A DNA stretch of 33,488 nucleotides from a virus: positions 1-33,488 of IMG/VR virus record IMGVR_UViG_3300017971_000173. One strand, 5' to 3'. The stretch's first letter is position 1. Each line of letters begins with the position of its first letter. The notes beneath the pieces were generated by a model. That model searched no databases, had not been told where the DNA came from, and saw nothing but the letters and a program-made list of their open reading frames with translations. Shown in pieces: positions 24,392 to 32,581 of this stretch. A program made the translations under genes and the position numbers.

Positions 24392-24419
24392 AGTATACCA
24401 TAAGAGCGTGGCTTGTCAA
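24392..24419 (-). promoter_or_regulatory. Sigma70-type promoter of the leftward operon: TTGACA-16 nt-TATACT.
   Basis: rc of 24414-24419 is TTGACA; rc of 24392-24397 is TATACT. Confidence 0.6.
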
Positions 24420-24707
24420 CACAGGTTTAACTCTCATCCAAGAGCCATATTTCAACAGAGAGGGAAGAATTCTAGCATCGGCGAGTGCTTGGTCGCGTTA
24501 TTTCATTTGGGCGCTTAGGATTGAAATATGGCGCGTACACAAGAGCAAATTATACACACAACAACCCTCCTCACGGTAATAGAAATATATACATCGAAGC
24601 AAATGTCTCACAAATACCCCTCTTTTAGGGCCTATTTAAATCATTCTCACTTCCGGGATGCGCTGCCACGACAAGGGAGATCCTTTTACCTCTGGTGACT
24701 CGGCAGA

Positions 24708-24735
24708 ACCAATTTTTCCAATCGGGAAAAATGGT
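24708..24735. other. Strong hairpin in the non-coding control region.
   Basis: ACCAATTTTTCC-AATC-GGGAAAAATGGT is a 12-position stem with one A.A mismatch and one G-U pair. Confidence 0.6.
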
Positions 24736-24786
24736 TAATAGGTGTAAGTTTCTCGAGAGTTTACGACACGCCTTGCACATTTCCCC

Positions 24787-24806
24787 TGCGCGTACGCGCG
24801 CGCGCA
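24787..24806. repeat. 20-nt strictly alternating pyrimidine-purine tract containing the 12-bp palindrome GCGCGTACGCGC.
   Basis: TGCGCGTACGCGCGCGCGCA; the palindrome lies at 24788-24799. Confidence 0.9.
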
Positions 24807-24849
24807 AAGTATCTTCTTTCTCAATTCCATATAGTTACATATATAAAAT

Positions 24850-24960
24850 GAGTATAACCTTCGGTATGAGTATATCTCTTTACAATCCGTTACTATATCT
24901 AAGTGAGTATCTCTAAGAAATATATATATAAATAACTAAGAGATATATAGTGAGACATCT
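24850..24960. repeat. Iteron-like cluster flanking a (TA)n tract: GAGTATA / GAGTATATCTCT / GAGTATCTCT direct copies and inverted AGAGATATA.
   Basis: Copies at 24850-24856, 24868-24879 and 24905-24914, with the inverted copy at 24939-24947. The core AAATATATATATAAATAA lies at about 24918-24935. Confidence 0.6.
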
Positions 24961-25007
24961 ATGGGAATAGCCCCTCTGGGAGCAACTCTCTAGAGTCGTA
25001 AAATTTA

Positions 25008-25058
25008 TTGTATTTTTTTACAAAAAAACTTGACTCTTATTCTACTGCGTGTTATAGT
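25008..25058 (+). promoter_or_regulatory. Sigma70-type promoter of the rightward operon (TTGACT-17 nt-TATAGT) with an upstream A/T tract (UP-like).
   Basis: TTGACT at 25030-25035 and TATAGT at 25053-25058. TTTTTTTACAAAAAAA lies immediately upstream. Confidence 0.6.
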
Positions 25059-25102
25059 ATTAGTGTTGAAAGTGAGAAGTCCCTAAAAAACAAAGGAAGA
25101 CG

Positions 25103-25807
25103 ATGATAAAGATAGAAGAAATCAAAAACCAAATACAAGCATACGACAAACTTATTGAAGAACTTGTTGAAGCAAACGCACCAGACAAAGTAATCGGCAA
25201 ATTAGAGATTAAGAGACAAAAGCTTGTTGAACGATGCAACAAGCTTGAAGCAAACAACAGCACCAAGGAGGATCCATATGCAAAGATCGCTAAAGGCCAA
25301 TCGCTACCAATACCTCAAGAAGATCCATATGCTGGACAAATAAATCAAAGAAGAGATGTATTTGCGGATAAATCAATAGAGATTGAAAAACTCAACAGAG
25401 CTATAGAGATATATGATGACATGATTCTGAAGATAGGCCTAAACAATCCAGAAGATGTTGCAATCAATGAGATCAAAAATAAAAGATCTTCTCTTGCAAG
25501 AAGAGTTGATATCCTTGTTTCCGAAACCAATGAAGTTGAATACAAACAATCTGCTTACGAAGTAATAAAAAAAATAAATAAACTCGATACCATAAACGAC
25601 AAAATACACGATATTAGAATAGTCATCAGAAGGACAACCAAAAACTTATTCAAGATTATCACATCTCCAGACTATACAGCTGAAGACATGCCTCCAGAAG
25701 TCAATGAACTTTTAATTCTAAAGCAACACAAAAGACGACTAGAAGAGCAAGAACAACAAATACTAAACTCAATAAGTAAATTCTTCAAAGAAAGGTTAAT
25801 AATTTAA
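25103..25807 (+). CDS. Coiled-coil protein, first gene of the rightward operon (234 aa).
   Basis: ORF with SD AAGGAAGACGATG, about 45 nt downstream of the promoter at 25030-25058. Heptad-like charged sequence. Confidence 0.7.
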   Translation: MIKIEEIKNQIQAYDKLIEELVEANAPDKVIGKLEIKRQKLVERCNKLEANNSTKEDPYAKIAKGQSLPIPQEDPYAGQINQRRDVFADKSIEIEKLNRAIEIYDDMILKIGLNNPEDVAINEIKNKRSSLARRVDILVSETNEVEYKQSAYEVIKKINKLDTINDKIHDIRIVIRRTTKNLFKIITSPDYTAEDMPPEVNELLILKQHKRRLEEQEQQILNSISKFFKERLII

Positions 25808-25816
25808 GAATAAAGC

Positions 25817-25845
25817 TTGACGCAGGATCAACTAGATGCTATAAT
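25817..25845 (+). promoter_or_regulatory. Sigma70-type promoter in front of erf: TTGACG-17 nt-TATAAT.
   Basis: TTGACG at 25817-25822 and TATAAT at 25840-25845. Confidence 0.6.
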
Positions 25846-25890
25846 GTTATTAGTAATTGAGGGATAACTAAAACTTTAAGGGAAACGATT

Positions 25891-26637
25891 ATGGAAAAGA
25901 AAGAATTAATAGAACTGATCAATATGATTGTAGATGCAAGACGTAAAGAGGTTGCTGAACAAAAAATTAAACCTATGAGCGATAGTATAGATCAACTTGC
26001 ACCAGCTTTGTCAAAGCTACAGGCAGCCGTCAAGACTGTCATGCCAAATAGAATCAATGAATATTCTAAGTGCACATATGCTGATTTAGTTGTAATACTA
26101 GAAGAAGCAAGGCCATTATTTGATGAGTTTGGATTTAGCGTAGTACCAGTAGAAGATGACTACGACGGAATAAAATATTTAAGAACCATGCTAATACACA
26201 GCAGTGGCCAATATATTTCTTCACTTGTAGAGATGATAATTCAAGACACAGAAAAAAATAAAAGATTAACTCCAATCCAAGCATATGGATCAGCTCTCTC
26301 TTACCACAAGCGATACTCAATAGCAAATATGCTCGGCATCACTGTAAGCAAAGACCCTAACGACGACGATGGGCAGCCAGGGGGCACACAAGGACAAACA
26401 CAGGCAAACAAAAATAACAAAGATGATATGAACACACCAAAAAAAGAAATCTTCCTCTCTGAGGGAGAAATAAAATTTATTAATGATAGGGTTAGGGGAT
26501 ATGAGGACGTAAAGAAAAAATTATTAACTACTCTACGCAAACCAAGCCTCGATAAATGCAACAAGAGTATGTTTGACATTATTGTTGAGTTTGTAGATAG
26601 CCACATACAGGCTAAAAAAAATAATCGTCTACCTTAA
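25891..26637 (+). CDS. erf: ERF-family single-strand annealing recombinase.
   Basis: The sequence YADLVVILEEARPLFDEFGFS...IHSSGQYI...LTPIQAYGSALSYHKRYSIANMLGITVSKDPNDDDG matches the conserved Erf pattern (Y..L..I....P.L...G....H.SG....Q..GSA.TY.RRY.....LGI...DDDG) known from P22 Erf. Confidence 0.8.
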   Translation: MEKKELIELINMIVDARRKEVAEQKIKPMSDSIDQLAPALSKLQAAVKTVMPNRINEYSKCTYADLVVILEEARPLFDEFGFSVVPVEDDYDGIKYLRTMLIHSSGQYISSLVEMIIQDTEKNKRLTPIQAYGSALSYHKRYSIANMLGITVSKDPNDDDGQPGGTQGQTQANKNNKDDMNTPKKEIFLSEGEIKFINDRVRGYEDVKKKLLTTLRKPSLDKCNKSMFDIIVEFVDSHIQAKKNNRLP

Positions 26638-26641
26638 CTGC

Positions 26642-26942
26642 TACAGTTTTTTCTTAGCTCATTAGGAGAACAGTGAACAAGGAAACCTTAGACACAACCC
26701 CTACTTTTACAGTTATAGACAAAGACCACAAGATACAAAAGCAAGTAGATGAACTTAAAGAAATGCTTGAAAGCCAAAATAAGCAAATACCTTTAATATA
26801 TTGCAGAGCAATGTTTGCAGGGCGCGAGGAAAAGATTATTGGATTCGCCCTGGACTGCCTTAAGGCCTATTTATTAAAACAATTAGTTTCGCGTGAGAGC
26901 CAACTATAAAAAGAGAACTATTACAGTTCTTTCTTAGCTCAA
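26642..26942 (+). repeat. 20-nt direct repeats (19/20 identical) bracketing ORF 26673..26909.
   Basis: TACAGTTTTTTCTTAGCTCA at 26642-26661 and TACAGTTCTTTCTTAGCTCA at 26923-26942. Confidence 0.85.
26673..26909 (+). CDS. Hypothetical protein (78 aa), GTG start, flanked by 20-nt direct repeats.
   Basis: GTG 26673 preceded by AGGAGAACA. Confidence 0.5.
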   Translation: MNKETLDTTPTFTVIDKDHKIQKQVDELKEMLESQNKQIPLIYCRAMFAGREEKIIGFALDCLKAYLLKQLVSRESQL

Positions 26943-26969
26943 AAGAATCTGTTTTCCTTTCTTAGAATA

Positions 26970-26987
26970 GCCCCCTTAGATGGGGGC
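26970..26987. terminator. Hairpin at the convergence of the rightward operon and the end of the long leftward unit.
   Basis: GCCCCC-TTAGAT-GGGGGC. Confidence 0.5.
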
Positions 26988-27040
26988 CTTATATTTACTT
27001 TGATCGATCTCTCACGATATGTTTAATAAAAATCTTTTAT

Positions 27041-27712
27041 TTAACATACTAATGATATTGAAAGCCAACCGCGTGGCGCAGATGCGCCAACAGTTTGAAC
27101 ATCTACAACTTTTGTGCCACCTGATACCGTTACAGTTGTTGTAACCGTATCTGATGCGTCAAGGTCTGCTAATACTGATAGTGGATTCGAACTTTGACCA
27201 CTAACGTTTGACGATATAGATCGAGCATTACACACAGCGCCCTCACAAGTTCTATTACTTGTAACTATTTGTATGTTTTGTGCTGTAAAAGCCGTTGTAT
27301 CAACATCATTTAACCACACACAAAGCGATATGCGATATCTACCGGTTACTGGTGCTATCCATGTTCCCGTTCCCGTATTAAAATCTGAATTCTGATCAAA
27401 TATTTCATCATCCCATATTATTGTATATGTCGAGCCATCACCCGTTACCGAATTAGCGGCTACAGCCATTACAACTGTAGTAGCTGGTTGCAACGGCATA
27501 ATCCTACATCCAGTAGAATCTGTAATAAAAGTATCTGTAGTTCCCAACACTCCAGAAGCACTTATTTTAAAGCTATCTGAATCCGTATCATCCACCCCAA
27601 TGGCAAACTTGCTGGAAGTATTTATTTCTAGCTTCACAACACTATCACCGGACGCTCCAGGATCAAATGTAAGTGAGCCAGTAGAATTATTTATACTATT
27701 AATCTTGGCCAT
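27041..27712 (-). CDS. C1q/TNF-like jelly-roll receptor-binding protein (short fibre), paralog 2.
   Basis: 223 aa. IWDDEIFDQNSDFNTGTGTWIAPVTGRYRISLCVWL resembles the C1q core (..F...N.......TG.FTAPV.G.Y.F). The N-terminus is shared with the upstream paralog (INSINN.T..LT.DPGASGDS...IGVDDTD.SF.IS). SD GGAGGTGTAGATG. Confidence 0.6.
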   Translation of the reverse strand: MAKINSINNSTGSLTFDPGASGDSVVKLEINTSSKFAIGVDDTDSDSFKISASGVLGTTDTFITDSTGCRIMPLQPATTVVMAVAANSVTGDGSTYTIIWDDEIFDQNSDFNTGTGTWIAPVTGRYRISLCVWLNDVDTTAFTAQNIQIVTSNRTCEGAVCNARSISSNVSGQSSNPLSVLADLDASDTVTTTVTVSGGTKVVDVQTVGASAPRGWLSISLVC

Positions 27713-28363
27713 CTACACCTCCAAGTTTCCAGACCACCACGTTTGAGGATCACTGGAGCCATTAGACTCTACATCTACAGTCTGAGTTGAGCCAACAACC
27801 TGTATCGCTAGGACTGCTGTATCAGAAGCGTCCATGTCTGCAAGCACACTCATATAGCAAGAATATTCGTCAGCGCTACTTCTAGATCCGCCTGGATTGT
27901 TTTGGATGAGATAAGTCCTATTGCTTGTTTCAAGCCTGAATGAATTATTGTTATGCGTTGAAGTAAGATCTCCCAAAAGCATAGACGCCTCAAAACGGTA
28001 TCGCCCTGTTACGGGTGCGGTAAATGTAGTTCCTGAAAAATCACTGTTTTGATCAAATATTTCGGAATCCCAAGACGCTGTATATTTAACGTTGTTCCCA
28101 GTTACATTGCTTTTTGTACTCGTTAATATAACAAGAAACGCTGACTGTAATGGCATAGTTCGCTCACCTGCGCTACTCATGATAAATGTATCATTGGTAC
28201 CCAACGCGCTTCCTTGGCTGATGCGAAAAGAATCGTCTGTATCATCGACGCCTATGCGAAACTTACCAGTACCAATATTGAACTGAACAAAGCTATCTCC
28301 ACTAGCGCCGGGATCAACAGTTAACTCACTTGTCTTATTGTTTATACTATTAACTATAGCCAT
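27713..28363 (-). CDS. C1q/TNF-like jelly-roll receptor-binding protein (short fibre), paralog 1.
   Basis: 216 aa. SWDSEIFDQNSDFSGTTFTAPVTGRYRFEASMLL is a close match to the C1q-domain signature region. Confidence 0.6.
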   Translation of the reverse strand: MAIVNSINNKTSELTVDPGASGDSFVQFNIGTGKFRIGVDDTDDSFRISQGSALGTNDTFIMSSAGERTMPLQSAFLVILTSTKSNVTGNNVKYTASWDSEIFDQNSDFSGTTFTAPVTGRYRFEASMLLGDLTSTHNNNSFRLETSNRTYLIQNNPGGSRSSADEYSCYMSVLADMDASDTAVLAIQVVGSTQTVDVESNGSSDPQTWWSGNLEV

Positions 28364-28371
28364 GGCTACTC

Positions 28372-28584
28372 CTAGTCTTTGCGAGCCTTCGACTTCTTAT
28401 TTTTACGATTAAGCTTACTTTTGTCCTCTGGCGTAAAATCTATATCAATTCCAGTCTGATTCTTAATTATCTTTTCAGCTATCTGCTCCACCGCGCTATC
28501 TTTCTTCTTAAAGATAAGATGGGAAACTGAACCAACAATTATTGATACGCCTAAAATTATTCCACTAATCAAACCTAAATGCAT
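28372..28584 (-). CDS. Small N-terminally anchored membrane protein with a basic tail (70 aa).
   Basis: TM segment LGLISGIILGVSIIVGSVSHLIF and C-terminus KLNRKNKKSKARKD. SD AGGAGAATATTATG. Confidence 0.55.
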   Translation of the reverse strand: MHLGLISGIILGVSIIVGSVSHLIFKKKDSAVEQIAEKIIKNQTGIDIDFTPEDKSKLNRKNKKSKARKD

Positions 28585-28600
28585 AATATTCTCCTATTAT

Positions 28601-28900
28601 TTATAATTCTGAAGCCTCTAAGTCTCTTGCACTGCGATCTTTATAGTCAGGCTGCTCAAATATTAATTGCGCAAACGCATCTTTATCCGTTGGTATAGTT
28701 GTTATGCCACGAGCTAACAACTTTGGTTCCCATTCTTTTTTTATCCTTGCAAAACAGGCATTATATTTATAATTTATGATACTAAATAACGCAGACTTCA
28801 GCGTGTCGTCAAGCTTGTCGCGAAATATGCTATCCTTTAGCACTGTCTTATTATGTTCAGATACTGTAAAAATCTCATTATTATCAACTGATACCTTCAT
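28601..28900 (-). CDS. Hypothetical protein, tandem paralog B (99 aa); possible fibre assembly/accessory factor.
   Basis: Aligns along its whole length with 28903..29205 (MK.SVD..E.FT..E..K.V.K..I..D...D..K..L...I...Y.......K..WEP.L..R....P....AF..L...Q.DYKD). Confidence 0.6.
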   Translation of the reverse strand: MKVSVDNNEIFTVSEHNKTVLKDSIFRDKLDDTLKSALFSIINYKYNACFARIKKEWEPKLLARGITTIPTDKDAFAQLIFEQPDYKDRSARDLEASEL

Positions 28901-28902
28901 GG

Positions 28903-29205
28903 TTACTCCTCTACCTGCACGGTCTTAGTTTCACGATCATACTTATCTTTATAATCTTGTTGCGAAGTTACCAAGTTAACAAATGCTTCGCTTTCCAATG
29001 GCATCTGCGCAACACGCTCACTCAAAATTGGCTCCCAGTCACGCTTCATCTTTGTGAGCCCTTGCTTGTACCTATGCATAATTACATACTCAAGCCTACG
29101 CTTAATATCATCTTCAAACTCATCTGACTTAATGTCATTCTTAATTACTTGCTTCTGTGTTTCCGTGAGAGTAAATAACTCTTGATCGTCTACTGAAATC
29201 TTCAT
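28903..29205 (-). CDS. Hypothetical protein, tandem paralog A (100 aa).
   Basis: See 28601..28900. SD AGGAGTATTATG. Confidence 0.6.
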   Translation of the reverse strand: MKISVDDQELFTLTETQKQVIKNDIKSDEFEDDIKRRLEYVIMHRYKQGLTKMKRDWEPILSERVAQMPLESEAFVNLVTSQQDYKDKYDRETKTVQVEE

Positions 29206-29217
29206 AATACTCCTATA

Positions 29218-29574
29218 TTACGTAAATATAAATGATCCGTTCGTATATAATACTGCAAAATCTGTATTCGCAATGACACACTTGAACGAGATAACAGTAT
29301 AGTCTGACTCTCCTGACGATATTCCGCCAGTAACACCCCTGGTTGTTGATGTGCCTAAGTTATGTATAGCTTGTCCAGCATTTTGTGTTATATCCAAACT
29401 GCCATCAGTGTCATTTACAATTGTAATAACACTTCCAATTGGCGCTACCGCAGGCAACAAAAATTCATTATCACCCGCATAGCTCATTGTATATTCTGTA
29501 TCTGGATCCATTGTCACACTTGCAGTCGTAACATGTACTCTCTTAAAATTAGCACCATTAATTACAGTCGACAT
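29218..29574 (-). CDS. Free-standing copy of the fibre C-terminal domain (118 aa).
   Basis: FLLPAVAPIGSVITIVNDTDGSLDITQNAGQAIHNLGTSTTRGVTGGISS...CVIANTDF aligns with the C-terminus of the 863-aa fibre (ITLPDTAAFGSVVKVMGKGAGGWKIAQNAGETIRWDESTVTTTGTGGYLES...CTTANTVW). Confidence 0.6.
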   Translation of the reverse strand: MSTVINGANFKRVHVTTASVTMDPDTEYTMSYAGDNEFLLPAVAPIGSVITIVNDTDGSLDITQNAGQAIHNLGTSTTRGVTGGISSGESDYTVISFKCVIANTDFAVLYTNGSFIFT

Positions 29575-29582
29575 ATCAACTC

Positions 29583-32174
29583 CTAAACAACATTAATATT
29601 GCCCTTTGCACCAGGTCCAACAGTCCATACAGTATTAGCAGTAGTGCATACCAACTCAATTGCGTCATGATCATCCGTAGACTCTAAATATCCACCTGTA
29701 CCAGTCGTGGTAACTGTAGATTCATCCCAACGGATAGTCTCACCTGCGTTCTGTGCTATCTTCCAACCTCCTGCACCTTTACCCATAACTTTAACAACTG
29801 AGCCAAATGCGGCAGTATCTGGAAGCGTTATCGTGACTTGTGATGCGTTATTAGCAACATAGCCATTATTCACAGCAGCAGCCTGAGAGGTTCCTGTAAC
29901 CTCGTTCCAAATAATACCACCTACAGCTTGAAAAGTTGGCAATGCGCCAGCCCCATTTGATGTCAATACTTGGCCAGCAGTTCCAACACTAGCTATAGAC
30001 TGTAGTGGATTTGTGGTTGTAGTACCTCCACAAAGCACAGCATACGCGGTTGTAGTTGAAACTCCAGTTCCACCATTAGCTACAGCCACCGGACTATCTA
30101 AATTCACTGTCACTGTAGAACCAGCAGCCGCACTTGTAATACCCGTTCCTCCTGCAATCGTAAATACAGCCGAGGCAGCCTGAGCCGTTCCGCTATCTCC
30201 TGCAAGAGTAAGGTCGTCTATTGTCTCTAATGCTGATTGAACCGTTGTGTCAGCTGCACTCAATATATGATCAAAGTTCGTTGTATCTGTAAGCACCAAT
30301 GAGGCAGTGGTTGCAGTTACACCAGAAAAACTAGATCTAAGAGTTTCTTTTGCAATAACCACTTGCACTATAGATGCTGTTGACTCTTCATAAACTATAT
30401 AACCAAGCTGAGCCACTTCTAATTGTGCAAGTTCTCCTGTCGCTGTAGGTATAGAATCGTTAGCAATAGCAGTATCAGCTTGAGCCAAATTATTATATTC
30501 AGCATCACCCATAATAGAGAAATATGTTGGTGTTGCTGAAGCAATATCATCCTTGCATACATATAACCTATTAACAGTATATTTATTGGTTCCTATAGCT
30601 GTTGGAGTACCTGCATTATTCCAAGTACCATCAAATGTATCACTTTGAGCATTACGTGCCCATTTGCCTGAACCAAGTGTATAATATTGTTCAAATACAA
30701 CAGCAACTCCGCCACTATCAGGTATGATTGTTTCAAGCCCGTGATCCTCAAGTTGGTCTGCTCCTGAAATTTCTATCTTCTGAGTTCCGTTAATCGTAAT
30801 ATTCGCACCGCCTTGCATGTCTGATATAACAGAACCAACAGTGTCATGAGCCCAGACTGATGTGCTCCAAGGGAACTGATATGGATGATTTTCTTTTACT
30901 GTAACCTGAATATTTGTAGGCGCGGTTGAGTCTCTCAGGCACTCAAATAAAACAATGTTATTTGCAAACAGCGATTCTGAATAGGTCGTTGTTTTTTGTA
31001 TAGTTCCCGTACCATCTATATAAATATAATAAGTATTACCCGCAGTCATACCAGTAACAGATTGTGGCGCCGTCCATGATATAGGTTTCCCACCAATATA
31101 CCCCGTACCTGATTGAGACAATGTAAAGTCGCCAAGTACTGTGTCGTCAAAATACGGAGCCCCACCATCCCAAGCTTCAAAGCCTGTCATTATACCAAAT
31201 CCGGCGCTAGAGCCAAGCTCTCCATTGGCATCAATGATTACTGCTTGTGTTGCACCTGCTGGAGTAACTCCATGTATGCCAGCTATAAAACAATTATTTT
31301 GTTGTCCTGGTCCTGTACCTGTAGTTCCTAAGCGGATCTTATTGTTGTCGCCAACGGTTCCAAGATTCCCGATAATAATATTGTCGGACTCTGATCCAGC
31401 AAGCAGGGATCCAGCTTCATCACCCATGGCAATATTATCTGCCCCATCTGTGATATTGCCGAGCGAGTCAAAACCCACAGAAACATTCCGCTCTCCGTCA
31501 GTAAGATTAGTACACGCAAAAGCTCCCAGAGCGACCGAGTAATTTGCATTATTGATATTCAATAACGATCGAAAACCAAGACCAGTATTATACTGTCCTG
31601 TGTTGAGTGAGCCGCCAGTCGTGTCTCCAAGAAATGTATTCCCCGTTCCAAGTGCTTGCAGAAAAATTTGGCCACCAACTCTAAATGTGCCCTCAGTAAA
31701 TGCCGCATTGGTTGCAGGCATACTAAAGTTACCGCCAGTTGTCACCGTGCCTGGAAATGATGGAGTAATTAAACTAAGATCTTGATCGCACATAGTAATT
31801 GTTCTAGTGTTACCTGTAGTTATCTGATCAGCTTGAAAAGCTATCTCTCTTGTATTATCACCATCATCTAATATTCTAAAAACATCATCTTCAAACGTTG
31901 GGCCGATACCACTTCCAGCTGCGTTTATTGTTATAGATCCTGCACCATTAACTATCCCAATGTTTGTTCCAGCGGTAAGAGTTGCAAGCACAGTCGGAGC
32001 TGCGGTTGATCCGATTGGGATTTGTCCGTCTGTTGCAACTGCGAGTGAATTAAGAACTCCGCCTGCAGCACCAATTACTAAAGCATTAGGAGTTGCACCT
32101 GTTATTTCTCCAGGATTTGTAATGTCGAGAGGCAGCCCTAAAGCTGTCGCGGCAGTTATACATATCTGTGACAT
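29583..32174 (-). CDS. Long tail fibre / receptor-binding protein (863 aa).
   Basis: G/T/A/N-rich. The N-proximal module ATDGQIPIGSTAAPTVLATLTAGTNIGIVNGAGSITINAAG is shared with the wrap-around fibre. A second GQVLTSNGAGALPTFQAV motif is present. Many plus-strand shadow ORFs overlap it. Confidence 0.8.
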   Translation of the reverse strand: MSQICITAATALGLPLDITNPGEITGATPNALVIGAAGGVLNSLAVATDGQIPIGSTAAPTVLATLTAGTNIGIVNGAGSITINAAGSGIGPTFEDDVFRILDDGDNTREIAFQADQITTGNTRTITMCDQDLSLITPSFPGTVTTGGNFSMPATNAAFTEGTFRVGGQIFLQALGTGNTFLGDTTGGSLNTGQYNTGLGFRSLLNINNANYSVALGAFACTNLTDGERNVSVGFDSLGNITDGADNIAMGDEAGSLLAGSESDNIIIGNLGTVGDNNKIRLGTTGTGPGQQNNCFIAGIHGVTPAGATQAVIIDANGELGSSAGFGIMTGFEAWDGGAPYFDDTVLGDFTLSQSGTGYIGGKPISWTAPQSVTGMTAGNTYYIYIDGTGTIQKTTTYSESLFANNIVLFECLRDSTAPTNIQVTVKENHPYQFPWSTSVWAHDTVGSVISDMQGGANITINGTQKIEISGADQLEDHGLETIIPDSGGVAVVFEQYYTLGSGKWARNAQSDTFDGTWNNAGTPTAIGTNKYTVNRLYVCKDDIASATPTYFSIMGDAEYNNLAQADTAIANDSIPTATGELAQLEVAQLGYIVYEESTASIVQVVIAKETLRSSFSGVTATTASLVLTDTTNFDHILSAADTTVQSALETIDDLTLAGDSGTAQAASAVFTIAGGTGITSAAAGSTVTVNLDSPVAVANGGTGVSTTTAYAVLCGGTTTTNPLQSIASVGTAGQVLTSNGAGALPTFQAVGGIIWNEVTGTSQAAAVNNGYVANNASQVTITLPDTAAFGSVVKVMGKGAGGWKIAQNAGETIRWDESTVTTTGTGGYLESTDDHDAIELVCTTANTVWTVGPGAKGNINVV

Positions 32175-32182
32175 ATTTACTC

Positions 32183-32524
32183 CTATACTTTATATCCAAT
32201 AGATACAACCACAGATCCGCTCGTAGGGGCGTCTCCAGCTGTAAATCGCTTTACATAAAAAGTTGTCTCTTTGGGGATTGCTATACCATTGGTTGTGCTA
32301 TCGACTATTAAATGTCCTCCAGGAGGTATAGCTAGATGGTCGGTTGCCCCATCAAAACTAATATATACAGGTTTATCCGTGAAATTATTGATAATATAAA
32401 TGCGCGGAGGATGATCTATAGGTGTACCTACTGCACTATAAGCATCAAGAATTGCACCAAAGGCAGCTGTTCTTGCAGCTTCCCACCATCCTCGCTGAGG
32501 CGCGATATAACTATATCCACTCAT
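32183..32524 (-). CDS. Hypothetical beta-rich protein between the two long fibres (113 aa).
   Basis: ORF with SD AAGGAATTGATATG. Its stop is embedded in the next gene's SD (TAGGAGTAAATATG). Confidence 0.6.
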   Translation of the reverse strand: MSGYSYIAPQRGWWEAARTAAFGAILDAYSAVGTPIDHPPRIYIINNFTDKPVYISFDGATDHLAIPPGGHLIVDSTTNGIAIPKETTFYVKRFTAGDAPTSGSVVVSIGYKV

Positions 32525-32540
32525 ATCAATTCCTTATATT

Positions 32541-32566
32541 AAAAGAGGGAGCTTTCTCCCTCTTTT
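32541..32566 (-). terminator. Intrinsic terminator-like hairpin after the wrap-around fibre gene.
   Basis: AAAAGAGGGAG-CTTT-CTCCCTCTTTT is a perfect 11-bp stem with T-runs on both strands. Confidence 0.55.
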
Positions 32567-32581
32567 CTATTTACCAAGTTT

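Noticed and set aside
24549-24557. DnaA-box-like TTATACACA.
   Set aside because: It is a single copy with one mismatch to TTATCCACA, which is not enough to call a DnaA-dependent origin.
24625-24916. ORFs 24625..24807 (-) and 24695..24916 (+) in the control region.
   Set aside because: They have TTG/GTG starts, no SD, Arg-rich translations driven by the (CG)n tract, and they overlap each other. They are most likely non-coding.
27710-27715. A second in-frame TAG junction between the two C1q-like paralogs (..LEV TAG ATG..), possibly giving a readthrough fusion.
   Set aside because: The downstream gene has its own ATG and a good SD (GGAGGTGTAG ATG), and both paralogs begin with the same N-terminal anchor. 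They are therefore independent genes, and the shared frame is plausibly chance (1 in 3).
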